A DNA stretch of 63,894 nucleotides, the filler included, from Chiloscyllium plagiosum (lineage: Eukaryota), in NCBI RefSeq assembly GCF_004010195.1. It is 4 parts of one record of this genome, joined end to end, with 100 filler letters (N's around TTAATTAATTAA, not from the genome) between each part and the next. Parts side by side here need not be neighbours in the genome. Positions count along the whole stretch, not along the records: positions 25,595 to 42,737 come from NC_057713.1; positions 42,838 to 61,214 come from NC_057713.1; 2 more parts are not named here. One strand, given 5' to 3'. Each line of letters starts with the position of its first letter. Positions within the stretch are counted from its first letter, which is position 1. Below the pieces are notes generated by a model that was given only the letters and a program-made list of their open reading frames with translations, made no database searches and was not told where the DNA came from. Below, piece by piece: positions 36,173 to 48,713 of this stretch. The position numbers were made by a program, and so were the translations under genes.

Positions 36173-38208
36173 TACTTGGACAAATTGAGCTTTTAGTTCA
36201 CGGCTTCCCTTTCTGTTGATGAATATTCTGGCTCTAACCAGTGGAGGGCAGTAGTAAATCAGGAATAAATCTATGCTATGGAGACATCAATTCTGACCAA
36301 AAATCTGTACTGTTTTCTGGCTATGTTAAGATATCTCCTCAGTGCCTGAAACAATTTCCAGTTGTATTAATAAATATCTTGGCAGATAAGCGCCTGAACA
36401 GTGCTTGGTTAGAAATCTGGTCTCAGTCATTTCTGGAAGAAAAGCCTCTGCTTAACACAGAACTGCCAAATATCAGCAAGTCAGGTTATTGTTGTATGTT
36501 GTATTACCAGTTCATTATGCAGGTAAAGGAAAGATTTACATAGGCATACAAAGTAATTACTTACTGTTTTTCCAAAATGATCTGTTTTGGGAAGGAGAAC
36601 AGGTATATTTCAGAGTAATGTCTTGCACAGCATAGGTTTTGACTGCCTTGAGCACAAAATCAGGTGTTAGATACTTAGTACTTGAATATGCCATTTTATA
36701 AGCACCAGATGAAATATGGTTAATATTCAGTATATATTTGCTTCCAGATAATATATATAAAATTTAGAAATTGCATAGAAGGGAAAGTGTGGACAACTGG
36801 TGGTGCTCATATATTTGAATTAGTTTGTTTTGTTCGGTTCAAAGTGCACCATGCTAAGAGGATTCAAAAACACAGGTGTACTAGAATTATAGTGACAGCA
36901 ATTTGAATTTACAAGGAAAAATTCAGTAAGGTATTTTAAATGAGTTTAGTCAGTTAAAGAGGGAAATACTAGGAAGGATGATCGAAGGCTTGGTCAAGGA
37001 AATGCATCATAAAGAGCATCTTTTTTCATTTGTATATAGGATGTGGGCATCCTCGCGATGCCAGCATTTATTAACCACACCTATTTTCCCTTGGGAAGGT
37101 ATCAGTGAACTGCCTTATTGTTTGTACTATCTTGAACCGTCCTTTGGAAGTTGCAGTGGATGTGTATAGTATGCACCCACTGCTGTTAGGTAGAGAGTTC
37201 CACAATTTTGACCCAGGTTGGGGGAGAGAGAGATTCAGTAAAAGAGAGTGAGGTCTTAATGAGAATATTATATATTTTACAGGCTAAATGCATAGCTTTT
37301 CATAGTGCAGCAAAGGGAGGAATACAAGTTTGGCCTGTGGTGTAGGAGCATAGGTGGTTTTAGGACTGAAGGCTGTTGGTGAAAGAGGAATGGCACAATA
37401 ATGAGGTGAGAAAGCTGAGAGTTTTAAATCTGAGGATTTGGGGGAAACTGAAAATTCAGTAAGGATCTGAGTGAAAAGAGCCTGACCCCGGTGCAGGATT
37501 TAGGAGTGGGTCATAAGAACAGGAATAGTCTATTCAGCCTGTTCCCTCGTTCCAATAAAATTATGGCTAATTTGCATCTTTACTCCATTTTTCCACCTTT
37601 TCTCCATATCCATCAATATCCTATTCTAACCAAATCTATCTAGTTCAGTCTTAAAATCCTCATTTGTCCTAGAATTAGCAACATTTTGGATGAGAATTTT
37701 TGAAGGAAAGTAAAAGAGTAACCATTTCTTTGAAGAAGTCCCTTCTGATTTTGTTCCTGAATAGCTCTAATTCTCAGATTGTTTCCTTGTTCTTCAGCAT
37801 TCTCTGACCAGAATAAATAGTTTGTCATAACTACTCTATTAAATAGCTTTAACATTTGATTAGATCGCGCCTGAAACCAATATTCAAGTTTATAGAACCT
37901 ATCAGATAACACAATAGTCCAAGAGTGTATTGAAATTGAGCAATTCAAGTTCATGGCACCAAATGGTCTATGGCTCTTTGATTTGTCTGAATCTAAGGAC
38001 CTATGTTTTTGAACAGTTGCTTTAATTGTTACTTCTTTTAATACATTTATATTTGGCCCTTTCTCATCCACCTCACGCTGATATCCATGCATTTTTGAAT
38101 TTTGTTTAAGAAAATCATTAGACCCTGGTTCACCTGTTGCAGCAAGTAGTTAATCAATGTCACTGATGTATGAGAAGCCATAATATTTTTCATCCCTGCT
38201 GTTTATAG

Positions 38209-38379
38209 ATGGACAGCCTGATGGCAAGTTTGGAAGCTCTAGGGGAAACTCTTAACTATCACCATATGAGCATTACTACAGTGGAGTCAGAGACTGCTAT
38301 AGTGTACCACCGATTAGCATTTATCAGCATTGCATTATTAACTATACGCCTGCTACAAATAATTCTCCCGGTGGAGAAG
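38209..38379 (+). CDS. RTTN: Rotatin exon 11
   Basis: ttatag|MDSLMASLEALGETLNYHHMSI..YHRLAFISIALLTIRLLQIILPVEK|gtgag; 171 nt, phase 0. Confidence 0.95.
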
Positions 38380-39689
38380 GTGAGAACATGATTTTATACA
38401 TTTTATTGAACATTCGCGGTTGTTATAGGCAAAGATTAGCTGTTACTTACAGTACATTAAAAAAACTGGACTTTGTGTCAAATGAGATCTGTGTTTCCAT
38501 CATGTGTGCTTTTCTGTTATCGAGTATTGTTGGTTTGAAGGTTGCCGTAGTTATTCTGTATATTAATAATTGAGATATTGATCCTGTATCCTGTGTATTT
38601 TCATTTTTCTATATTTATGACTTCCTCTTTTATACCATTGTCACCTGAGCTGACCATTCATCATGTAAACTGTCTGACATAAAAGTGCAATGAATGCAAG
38701 CACTGGAACACACAATAGAAATAATGAGCTGCGCTAGGCAATATTAGTTGATGAGAATTTTGAAGCTATTTATTTCAAGTAATATTGATGAGCTACAACC
38801 CTGAGGGTTATAGACATTACATATTTGTGGTGTGATTCACAAAGAGTGCATTTCACAAACTATCATTCCTATTTAGTCTTGGTATATGGGACAGAATATT
38901 ACTTGTGCTAATCTCAAATTTCCTCTTTGAGTGAACCTCTGGAAATACTAATAAAATCCATAGAATTTTTCCATGTAAAACACCCAGGAAATAGGTTTAG
39001 TAATTCTTGGGAAGAGGGCACATCACTCACTGCATAAAATGTGTTTTGTGGGAACCAGAAACAGTGCAGAATTCTCAAGCAATCTCACCTCTGTGAAATT
39101 CCTTTGCTGCAGCACATTGGGACTGCACAATGCCTCTGTACAAAGTACAGTCATCACCATTTAGGACCTATGCATGGTATCATTATGTGTATGTATTAAC
39201 AAATAATGTCCACTGCCAAACATTGCCTCACTGATCTGAGGCTAAGAGCAGAATAAAATTACAACATGATGCCTTCAGTGCATTTTAGTGATAAATTGAG
39301 GCCTGTGTCATATTGGCTGACTCTTCCTAGTTACATTTTTAAACCAGGCAGTCTAAATGCAGGTCTGCCAATCTATCAGATTAATTGTACACTGATCAAA
39401 ATCAAGGTTTATATTGTGATTTTGTGCAAGGGGACTTGAGACTAACGAGGCAGCCACCTTGAGAATTCTGTATTGTTTCAAATTGCTGTAAAATCCTACA
39501 ATGAGTGATATGCTTTCTGTAAGAGTTATTGAACTTTTTTCGTGACTACTGGGAAAAGTCTGTGCATTGTTAATATTTCCAATGGGTCCTTCCAGGAGAA
39601 AAAATAATCATCAGTTCAAGCAGGCTGATGTTTTCTTCCAGATTTTGACTAAAAAGGAATGAACCAACAGCATTTTTTTAGATGTATTA

Positions 39690-41763
39690 ACAGCTATCTC
39701 TGAGAATAATAGGGTAGTTATGGTAGGGGATTTTAACTTTCCAGACATCGACTGGGACTGCCATAGTGTTAAAGGTTTAGATGGAGAGGAATTTCTTAAG
39801 TGTGTACAAGACAATTTTCTGATTCAGTATGTGGATGTACCTACGAGAGAAGGTGCAAAACTTGACCTACTCTTGGGAAATAAGGCAGGGCAGGTGACTG
39901 AGGTGTCAGTGGGGGAGCATTTTGGGGCCAGCGACCATAATTCTACTCGTTTTAAAATAGTGATGGAAAAGGATAGACCAGATCACAAAGTTGCAGTTCT
40001 AAATTGGAGAAAGGCCAATTTTGACGGTATTAGGCAAGAACTTTCAAAAGCTGATTGGAGGCAGATGTTCGCAGGTAAAGGGACGGCTGGAAAATGGGAA
40101 ACCTTCAGAAATGAGATAACAAGAATCCAGAGAAAGTATATTCCTGTCAGGGTGAAAGGGAAGGCTGGTAGGTATAGGGAATGCTGGATGATTAAAGAAA
40201 TTTAGGGTTTGGTTAATAAAAAGAAGGAAGCATATGTCAGGTACAGTCAGGATAGATCAAGTGAATCCTTCTAAGAGTATAAAGAAAGTGGAAGTATACT
40301 TAACAGGGAAATCAGGAGGGCAAAACGGGGACATGAGCTAGCTTTGGCAAATAGAATTAAGGAGAATCCAAAGGGGTTTTACAAATATATTAAGGACAAA
40401 AGGGTAACTAGGGAGAGAATATGCCTGAAACGTCAATTCTCCTGTTCCTTTGATGCTGCCTGACCTGCTGCGCTTTTCCAGCAACACATTTTTAAGCTTT
40501 GATCTCCAGCATTTGCAGTCCTCGCTCTCTCCTAGGGAATAGGGCCCCTCAAAGAACAGCAAGGCGGCCTTTGTGTGGAGCCACAGAAAATGGGGGAGAT
40601 ACTAAATGAATATTTTGCATCAGTATTTACTGTGGAAAAGGATATGGAAGATTTGGACTGTGGGGGAAATAGATGGTGACATCTTGCAAAATGTCCAGAT
40701 TACAGAGGAGGAAGTGCTGGATGTCTTGGAACGGTTAACGTGGATAAATCCCCAGGACTTGATCAGGTGTACCTGAGAACTCTGTGGGAAGCTAGAGAAG
40801 TGATTGCTGGGCCAGTTGCTGAGAAATTTGTATCATCGATAGTCACAGGTGAGGTGCCTGAAGACTGGAGGTTGACAAACAAGACTTGAGGTGCCACTGT
40901 TTATGAAGGGCGGTAAAGACAAGCCAGGGAACTATAGACTGGTGAGCCTGACCTCGGTGATGGGCAAGTTGTTGGAGGGAATCCTGAGGGACAGGATGTA
41001 CATGTATTTGGAAAGGCAAGGACTGATTAGGGATAGTCAACATGGCTGTGTGCGTGGGAAATCATGTCTCACAAACTTGATTGAGTTTTTTGAAGGAGTA
41101 ACAAAGAAGATTGATGAGGGTGGAGCAGTAGATGTGATCTATTTGGACTTCAGTAAGGTGTTCGACAAGGTTCCCCAGGGGAGACTGATTAGCAAGGTTA
41201 GATTTCATGGAATACAGGGAGAACTAACCATTTGGATATAGAACTGGCTCAAAGGTAGAAGACCAGGGTGGTGATGGAGGCTTGTTTTTCAGACTGGAGG
41301 CCTATGACTAGTGGAGTGCCACAAGGATCGGTGCTGGGCCCTCTACTTTTTCTCATTTACATAAATGATTTGGATGTGAGCATAAGAGGTACAGTAGTAA
41401 ATTTACAGATGACACCAAAATTGGAGGTGTAGTGGACAGCGAAGAGGGTTACCTCAGATTACAACAGGATCTGGATCAGATGGGCCAATGGGCTGAGAAG
41501 TGGCAGATGGAGTTTAATGCAGATAAATGCAAGGTGTGCATTTTGGGAAAGCAAATCATAGCAGGACTTATACACTTAATGGTAAGGTCCTAGGGAGTGT
41601 TGCTGAACAAAGAGACCTTGGAGTGCAGGTTCATAGCTCCTTGAAAGTGGAGTCGTAGGTAGATAGGATAGTGAATAAGGCGTTTTGTATGCTTTCCTTT
41701 ATTGGTCAGAATATTGAGTACAGGAGTTGGGAGGTCATGTTGCGTCTGTACAGGACATTGGTC
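39690..41763 (+). mobile_element. CR1 LINE ORF2 (endonuclease C-terminus through RT), disrupted
   Basis: VGDFNFPDIDW, PTREGAKLDLLL, ASDHN, PGNYRLVSLTS, YLDFSKVFDKVP; stops and frameshifts. Confidence 0.93.
40422..40533 (+). mobile_element. Penelope family A tail inserted in CR1
   Basis: TGCCTGAAACGTCAATTCTCC..TGCAGTCCTCGCTCTCTCC flanked by GAATA repeats. Confidence 0.8.
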
Positions 41764-42420
41764 AACTCTCAGCCCCCGACGCTCCAGGGAAAACAGCCCC
41801 AGCTTATTCAAACACTCCCTATAGCTCAAATCTTCCAACCCTGCCAAATCCTTGTAAATCTTTTCTGAACCCTTTCAAGTTTCACAACATCCTTCAGTTA
41901 GGAAGTGACCAGAATTGCACGCAATATTCCAACTATGGCCAAACCAATGTCTTGTACAGCTGCAACATGACCTCCCCAACTCCATCTTCTCAGCCAATTG
42001 GCCTATTTAGTCAAGTTCCCATTGTACTCTGAGGTAACCTTCTTTGCTGTCCATCACACCTCCAATTTTGGTGTCATCTGCAAGATTACTAAGTATACCT
42101 CCTATGTTCACATCCAAATCATTTATATAAATGACATAAAGCAGTGGACCCAGCACCGATCCTTTGATGGCACACCACTGGTCACAGGCCTTCAAGTCTG
42201 AAAAGCAACCCTCCACCAGCACCCTCTGTCTTCTGTCTTCAAGCTAGTTCCAGTTCTGGTTTCAAATGGCTAGTTCTCCTGGTATTCCATGAGATCTAAC
42301 CTTGCTAGCCAGTCTTCCATGCCGAACTCTGTCTCATCCAAATCGTTTATAGAAATAACGACCAAAAGAGAACCCAGCACCAATCTCTGTGGAACACCGC
42401 TCATGGCAGGCCTGCAGTCT
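41764..42420 (-). mobile_element. Second CR1 copy in opposite orientation, abutting the first
   Basis: Minus ORFs [25 protein letters not shown] and GLEDLSYRECLNKLGLFSLE; diverged from the overlapping plus copy. Confidence 0.8.
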
Positions 42421-42569
42421 GAAAATTATTTAGCTTTGCTGTGCAACACTTACAGTATTAATAAATGAATTTTGTTTAAGCTATAAGTTTTGTTTCTGAT
42501 ATGTGTAATTCTTAGTGTGGTTAGGAATAATTTGGTAAGCTTGATATGGTCATTGAATATTTTAATGTC

Positions 42570-42737
42570 TCACTCGCTCCCTGCCTCTCGCTCTACCCCA
42601 TTATGTGTCTTTCTCTCTATGTCCATCTCTCTCTCTCTGTCTCACTGTCTGTCTGTCTCTCCCCACCCTCTGTGTCTCTGCCTCTCTCTAGCTCTCTCTG
42701 TGTATCTCTGCTTCTCCCTCTCTGCATCTCTCTTGTC
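42570..42737. repeat. CT/CTGT-rich simple repeat
   Basis: Degenerate (TC)n/(TCTG)n tract ending at a gap. Confidence 0.9.
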
Positions 42738-42837
42738 NNNNNNNNNNNNNNNNNNNNNNNNNNNNNNNNNNNNNNNNNNNNTTAATTAATTAANNNNNNN
42801 NNNNNNNNNNNNNNNNNNNNNNNNNNNNNNNNNNNNN
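42738..42837. other. Artificial contig spacer with TTAATTAATTAA
   Basis: Linker at 42782-42793 between 44-N runs. Confidence 0.95.
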
Positions 42838-43364
42838 CCCTGTGGCTCAACACTTCAACTCCCCCTCCCACTCCACCAAGGACATGCAGGTCCTTGGATT
42901 CCTCCATCGCCAGACCATAGCAACACGGCACCTGGAGGAAGAGCGCCTCATGTTCCGCCTCGGAACACTCCAACCACAAGTGATGAACTCAGATTTCTCC
43001 AGCTTCCTCATGTCCCCTCCCCCACGTTGTCTCAGTCCCAACCCTAGAACTCAGCACCAACTTCGTAACCTGCATTTTTCTTCCTGACCTTTCCGCCTCC
43101 ACACCCACTCCGGCCTATCACCCTCACCTTAACTCCCTCACCTTAACCTCCTTCCACCAATCGCATTTCCAATGCCCCTCCCCCAAGTCCCTCCTTCCTA
43201 CCTTTTATCTTAGTCTGCTTGGCACACTATCCTCATTCCTGAAGAAGGGCTCAAGCCCGAAACATTGATTCCCCTGCTCCTTGGATGCTGCCTGATCTGC
43301 TGCGCTTTTCCAGCAACACATTTTCAGCTCTGATCTCCAGCATCTGCAGTCCTCACTTTCTCCT
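42838..43364 (+). mobile_element. Penelope-like element (Neptune-type) 3' end: GIY-YIG C-terminus plus pLTR with decayed hammerhead (43235-43270)
   Basis: VAQHFNSPSHS..LEEERLMFRLGTLQP is typical of PLE endonuclease ends; CTGAAGAAGGGCTCAAGCCCGAAACATT. Confidence 0.85.
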
Positions 43365-43439
43365 TATGTAGTATAGACAGGACCAAGTAAACCAGTCTAA
43401 TTTAATGTTGCACACGTTCAGTGCAGTAAATTCTGTGTA

Positions 43440-43617
43440 CAGAGCAAGCTCGATTATTTGAAGGACATGGGCAAGGAGTATTTCATTCATTCTGTTGATC
43501 AAATTCTGGATATTTGAATGCTGGATAACATACTTTAGCTAAGCATAGGGATCTTGCAATCTTGCTGGACAATTTGATATTTGGATAATCAAATGCTGGA
43601 TAATCAAGATTCCTCTG
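43440..43617. mobile_element. Short pogo/Tigger-type MITE
   Basis: TA|CAGAGCAAGCTCGATTAT ... ATAATCAAGATTCCTCTG|TA. Confidence 0.75.
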
Positions 43618-45256
43618 TAGTTCTCTGCAGAGCTCACAATTGTAGAGCCCCTTCTGATTGGGGCTATTTAATGTGGTGGTTATGTTAACAAGGTAAACTG
43701 GTAGATTTTGCCATTGCCATCAACACAGTCTGTATGGGGAAGTACTTTGCTTTTTTTCGGCAAAGTCTTGAGTTTCTGATACTTCCCAATATCTTTGTAA
43801 TAACAGTTGCAAAATACATTTCTTTCTCGATCACCCTTCCTTTTACTCTCCGCTTAGTGGAACTGGGCATAGGGTAGGATAATCTGATACTTGGGGATGG
43901 AATGAGAGGTGAGTGGGTGCAGAAATTTTCAGGTTTATCCCTTAGGTGTGATAGTATGTGCTGTTGCATTTTCGTATTTGGCATTGTTACCGTGACGGGA
44001 AGGAAGGATTTAAATTGTCAAATTTCTGGCTGTGTTTAATGTGGTATAATGAGATTCATGGGAATCATGATCATGTAACTGGTGTCAGTAATTGAGAAGA
44101 TCCCAATCTCAAATGAACATGAGAGAGGTTATAGACACTGCATCAGAGAGATGGTTTTGAGAACCTACATGTACAGATGTACATAAGGAGTTGAAGTATC
44201 TTTCTTGGTGATAAAGAGCAAGCAGCCTAGGGACAATAGGTGTGCAGGCACCCACAGTCTGAGATTGACGTACCATACTGGACTTCAGATTGGTATGACA
44301 GGTCGGCGCAACATTGAGGGCCAAAGGGCCTGTACTGTGCTGTTCTATGTCCAGGTAACAGGTTCTATGTCCGGCTTGAAGCACATAAGGCCTTGGCAAG
44401 AATAAAACTTTCAGTCTTCTGGCCTCTTCAGCAGCTGTGATTCTCCGTTTACTGCACACACAAATACAGGTAGCTGTGTGAACAAGTGGAAGTATCTGCT
44501 TTTGGAGGCCTGTGAATGAGTACAGAGCCTATTCTTTTCCTGTTCAGCTTGGATTTCACCAGATAGAAAACTCTGAGCCATGGGCTGTCTGCACCAAGGA
44601 GTTGTAATAGGCTTACAAATATTGACAGCTTAATTATACACAGTATGTCTTTCTCAGGATGTGTTGTGAATATTTTTCTAAGTGGGAGCTACTTTGTATG
44701 TACAAGGATGCTTCTGACAAGAGACATTTTTCATTTCACATTAGGATCGGCACAAAACAGTTTTGATTTATACATCCTTATGGCCAACTTACTGAAAAAT
44801 AATGTTGAATTATTAGTGGTTATGATCTGTGGGCATAGTTCCTCCAGGGAATTATATTAAGCCTATCCAGTTACAGTAAGGCAATGTTCTGATCATCAGG
44901 AAGAAGGAATTGGCATTTCCCTTATTAATGTTCCATTTGCAAATTTATGATAAGTGACAAATACAGAACCAGGCTCAGAACAGTATTTAAATAATATGGC
45001 TTCCACAATTTGAGTGATCTCACTGGTTGATTGTACGTGATGAATGGTGCTAACATTCTCGTGTAATGTGTCAACCTACACCAATAATATTTTAAGAAGG
45101 ACCAGCAGCTCTATGACAGAAAGATTAACTATGTAGAAATACTGGAAACTAGACTATGGACACATACCCATCAATTGTAAAAATGGAGTAAGTGTTTGAC
45201 AAAAAGTCTTAGAGGATGAAATTCAATTCAATGAAATGCAAACTGTTACGTTCCAA

Positions 45257-45452
45257 GTTAAAAATCACACAACACAAACAGTCCAACAGGTTTATTTGGA
45301 AGCAGTGACTTTCGGAGCACTGCTCCTTCATTAGGTAGTGTTCAGAAAGAGAGGTGCTCCAAAAGCTAGTACTTCCAAATAAATCTGTTGGGCTACAACC
45401 TATTGTTGTGCGATTTTTAACTTTGTCCACCCCAGTCCAACACCGGCACTTC
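45257..45452. mobile_element. Degraded fold-back Penelope family B element
   Basis: GTTAAAAATCACACAAC ... GTTGTGCGATTTTTAAC inverted ends; decayed hammerhead cores. Confidence 0.7.
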
Positions 45453-46549
45453 CACGTTATGTACCAAGATCTCCTTTTTACTTCCATTGTTTTGTATCAT
45501 GTCTTTTTACCAATTTATCCCAGTTCCACAACATTTCTGAGGGACATTGACACCCTACAATCTTCTCTCCCATTCTCTGCTTCTTCACTCTCCCACCGTG
45601 GCATAGCTGATTAATGTGACTGATAAGGCTATTGGACAAACCTGTTATCATTCAACTGGAAAGCTGCCTGCTCTTCTTTGCTTATGGGGTTGCTGGCAAG
45701 GCAATATTACCCATCCTTCTGTTGCCCATCCTTCAGTTATTATTAAGAAAGTGTTGGTGAGCTGTCATCTTGAACTGCTGCACTCCATGTGGTACAGGTA
45801 CACCCACAGTGATGTGATCAAGGGAGTTCCAGGATGTTGATCCGGCAACAGCGAAGAAATGGCACTTATAGTTTCCAAGGCAGTATGACTTGAATCAAAA
45901 CTTTAAGTTGCTGATGTGCCCATGCTACTGTAGTCCTCCAAGAAAGTGGAGTTGTGGGTTTTAAAGGTGTTGTTGAGGATTTTGGATGACCATGTGGTGA
46001 TTGCGGCTCACTGGCAATGTGTTGCTAAGGCCCAAAGCCTCCGACTTCAGCAATGTCATCTGAGTGTCCTTTTATATCAGGCCTAACAATAGGCTTCAAC
46101 CAGTTGTAACTCATTTACTTTGCAGAAATGGAATCTTGAAACAATTTAGTTGAGGTGTATGAAATGACTTGGTTTGTCTGTGTATGCCAATAGAAAAAGG
46201 CAGAGATGGCCAGACAGACTGCATATAAAATCTTCAGCCACGCGGTTTAGTTAGCTATGAAGAAATATTTCCGACCTATTGAGGGACAGCCCTTCTGAAA
46301 TAAACTGTTGACATCATGTGGAGGATAAGGAGCTGCTACAGGAACACTTGGCAAGGGCCTGAAAGAAGGAAGCATTTCCAATTAGTGTGTAGGTTGCTAC
46401 TTGAGTCATCAGCTAATATAGGTGCTTGAAACCTCATTTGCGTTGGGTTGAGAGGAGAATTTCAGAGAGTTATTACTGAATTAATTACAGTAACTCTTTC
46501 TCTCTGCTTTTTAGAATGGTTAAAAGGTGTACCAGTTTTTATTTTCTTT

Positions 46550-46890
46550 ATTGTTTCATGGGATGTGAACATCATTCCCTAATTGAACTGAATGCATTGT
46601 AAAGTAATTTTGCAGAATAGTTTGGGTCAAACACATTGCTGCGGCTTTGGAGTCACACATAGGCCAGACCAGATGGCGATGACCAGTTTCCTTCCTTGAA
46701 GGACACCAGTGAACCAGATGAGTTTTTATGATCACTGATAGTTGACCTGGTCACTATTTCTGAAACTAGCTTGGGATTCTACATTCATCAATCGGAGCTA
46801 AATGCCCTTCACTGCCATGGTGGGATTTGAACCCACCTCCCCAGAACATTAGCCTGAGCCTTTGGATTGGTATTCCATGACATTACCACT
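46550..46890 (-). mobile_element. SINE related to 19005-19335
   Basis: GGCCAGACCAG..TTTCCTTCCTTGAAGGACA..AGTGAACCAGATG..GGATTTGAACCC (tRNA B-box-like on minus strand). Confidence 0.65.
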
Positions 46891-48160
46891 TCTGTATTTG
46901 TGATTATAAAGTTATGAAGTGATGCCTAATACTGCAGGCCATTAGACACAATTCTGGTGCTGAAAACTGTTACCTATACTCAATATGGATGGACATATGG
47001 GAGTCCTACATATTGGAATATTTAACTACTTTACCATCCAGAAGTAATTCACTTTCAATTAATGGAAACAATTTGACCGTGTGCAATAGTGACATATGTG
47101 AGGAGGAAACTCAGCCACTCACTGAATAGCTTGTACATCACAGCAAAAGCTAATGTTTGTTATTCACATTGATCTCCTCCCACTGTTCATCAAAACTGTA
47201 ATAGCATATTCCTCTATCCTTTTCTTCCTCATTCATTCATCTGGTTTCCTCTGAAATGTGTCCTTGCTGTTCAATGTCAGACCATGTTCACATTCCAACA
47301 ACATTCTGGACAAAGCTGTCATTCCTGAATTTACTCATGATATATCCATAATTATCTCAAGTTTCTGTCCCTTAGTTTTGGTCTGCATCTGTTGTGTCCT
47401 CTAATCGCTTTAGCCTTTTAAAATAATTGCACTTATAGGCTACATTTACTGGAGCTTCATGAAGTGCATTTCTTGCTGCTTTCCATATGGCTGGTGGACT
47501 GATACATTGTTGGCCAGCACATGACGAAAATGCAGCAGTAAATAGAATACCCTGGATGGCCAGTCTCTTTTATCATGTGGTTTGATGCCACACTGAATTT
47601 CGGTTCTGGACCGACTGATCAAGGAGAAGGTCAAGAATTATCTTCAGACTTAGACTTTAAAGTAATATGATTTATTTTGCATTAATATTCAATACCTGGT
47701 ATATCATAATACTATACCGGGCTATTATCTAGTGACTTATTAGTGGTGTCTGTACCTCTCAGCCAGAAAGCCTGGGTTCAAGTCCCACCTGCTCCAGCAG
47801 TGTATCATAATGGATCTAAACACGTTAATTTTTTTAAAAAATCTACGTTATGTAGCAACTAATATATCCTCAGTGCATGCAAGTTAATGTACCGTCTCAA
47901 TCCCACTGTTCTGGCTCGATTCTATTTGAACTCTGCTGATACGGTACTGTTTATGCTTGGTGATCTGCGGCTTCACAATACCATTGTGAGGTTGCTGCAG
48001 GGACCTGAAGTCCTTACTAAACACATTCTTATAACAATTAGTTCTTAACTGTACATAAGTATTAAGGCAATTATATTTAAATACTGTTACAGCATACAAC
48101 ACCCGCCACAATGGAAACATCTTTTCGATGCCTGTTCCACATTGATATGGAGATGCCAGT

Positions 48161-48360
48161 ATTGAACTGGGGTGGAGAAAGTCAGAAGTCACATGACACC
48201 AGGTTATAGTCCAACAAGTTTGTTTAAAATCTCACGTTTTCAGAGTGCTGCTGTTTTCTCCGGTGAAGTCCTGATGAAGGAGCAGCACGATAAAAGTTTG
48301 TGATTTTAAATAAACCTGTTGGACTGTAACCTAATGTCATTGACTTTGGCTTTATCCAAC
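48161..48360. mobile_element. Degraded fold-back Penelope family B element
   Basis: ACACCAGGTTATAGTCCAACA ... CTGATGAAGGAGCAGC ... TGTTGGACTGTAACCT. Confidence 0.65.
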
Positions 48361-48402
48361 ATTGAAATGTCTTAAATAAGCTCACAATTTATTATTGGCA
48401 TT

Positions 48403-48713
48403 TTAGATTAGATTCCCTACAGTGTGGATACCGGCCCTTCGGCCCAACCAGTCCACACCGACACTCCGAAGAGTAACCCACCCAGAACCATTTCCCTCTG
48501 ACTCATGCACCTAACACTATGGGCAATTTAGCATGGCCAAATCACCTGACCTGCACATCTTTGGACTGTGGGAGGAAACCGGAGCACCCGGAGGAAACCC
48601 ACGCAGACACTGGGAGAATGTGCAAACTCCATACAGTCACCCGAGGCTGGAATTGAACCTGGGACCCTTGTGCTGTGAGGCAGCAGTGCTTTCCACTGAG
48701 CCTCCGTGTCACC
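48403..48713 (-). mobile_element. Full-length HE1-like V-SINE (tRNA-derived)
   Basis: tRNA-like head (GGCTCAGTGG..GGTTCAATTCC), V-domain GGAGTTTGCACATTCTCCC..GGGTTTCCTCCGGGTGCTCCGGTTTCCTCCC, (TCTAA)n tail. Confidence 0.9.

Noticed and set aside
48630..48713. tRNA-like sequence
   Set aside because: It is the tRNA-derived head of an HE1/V-SINE, continuous with the V-domain and tail.
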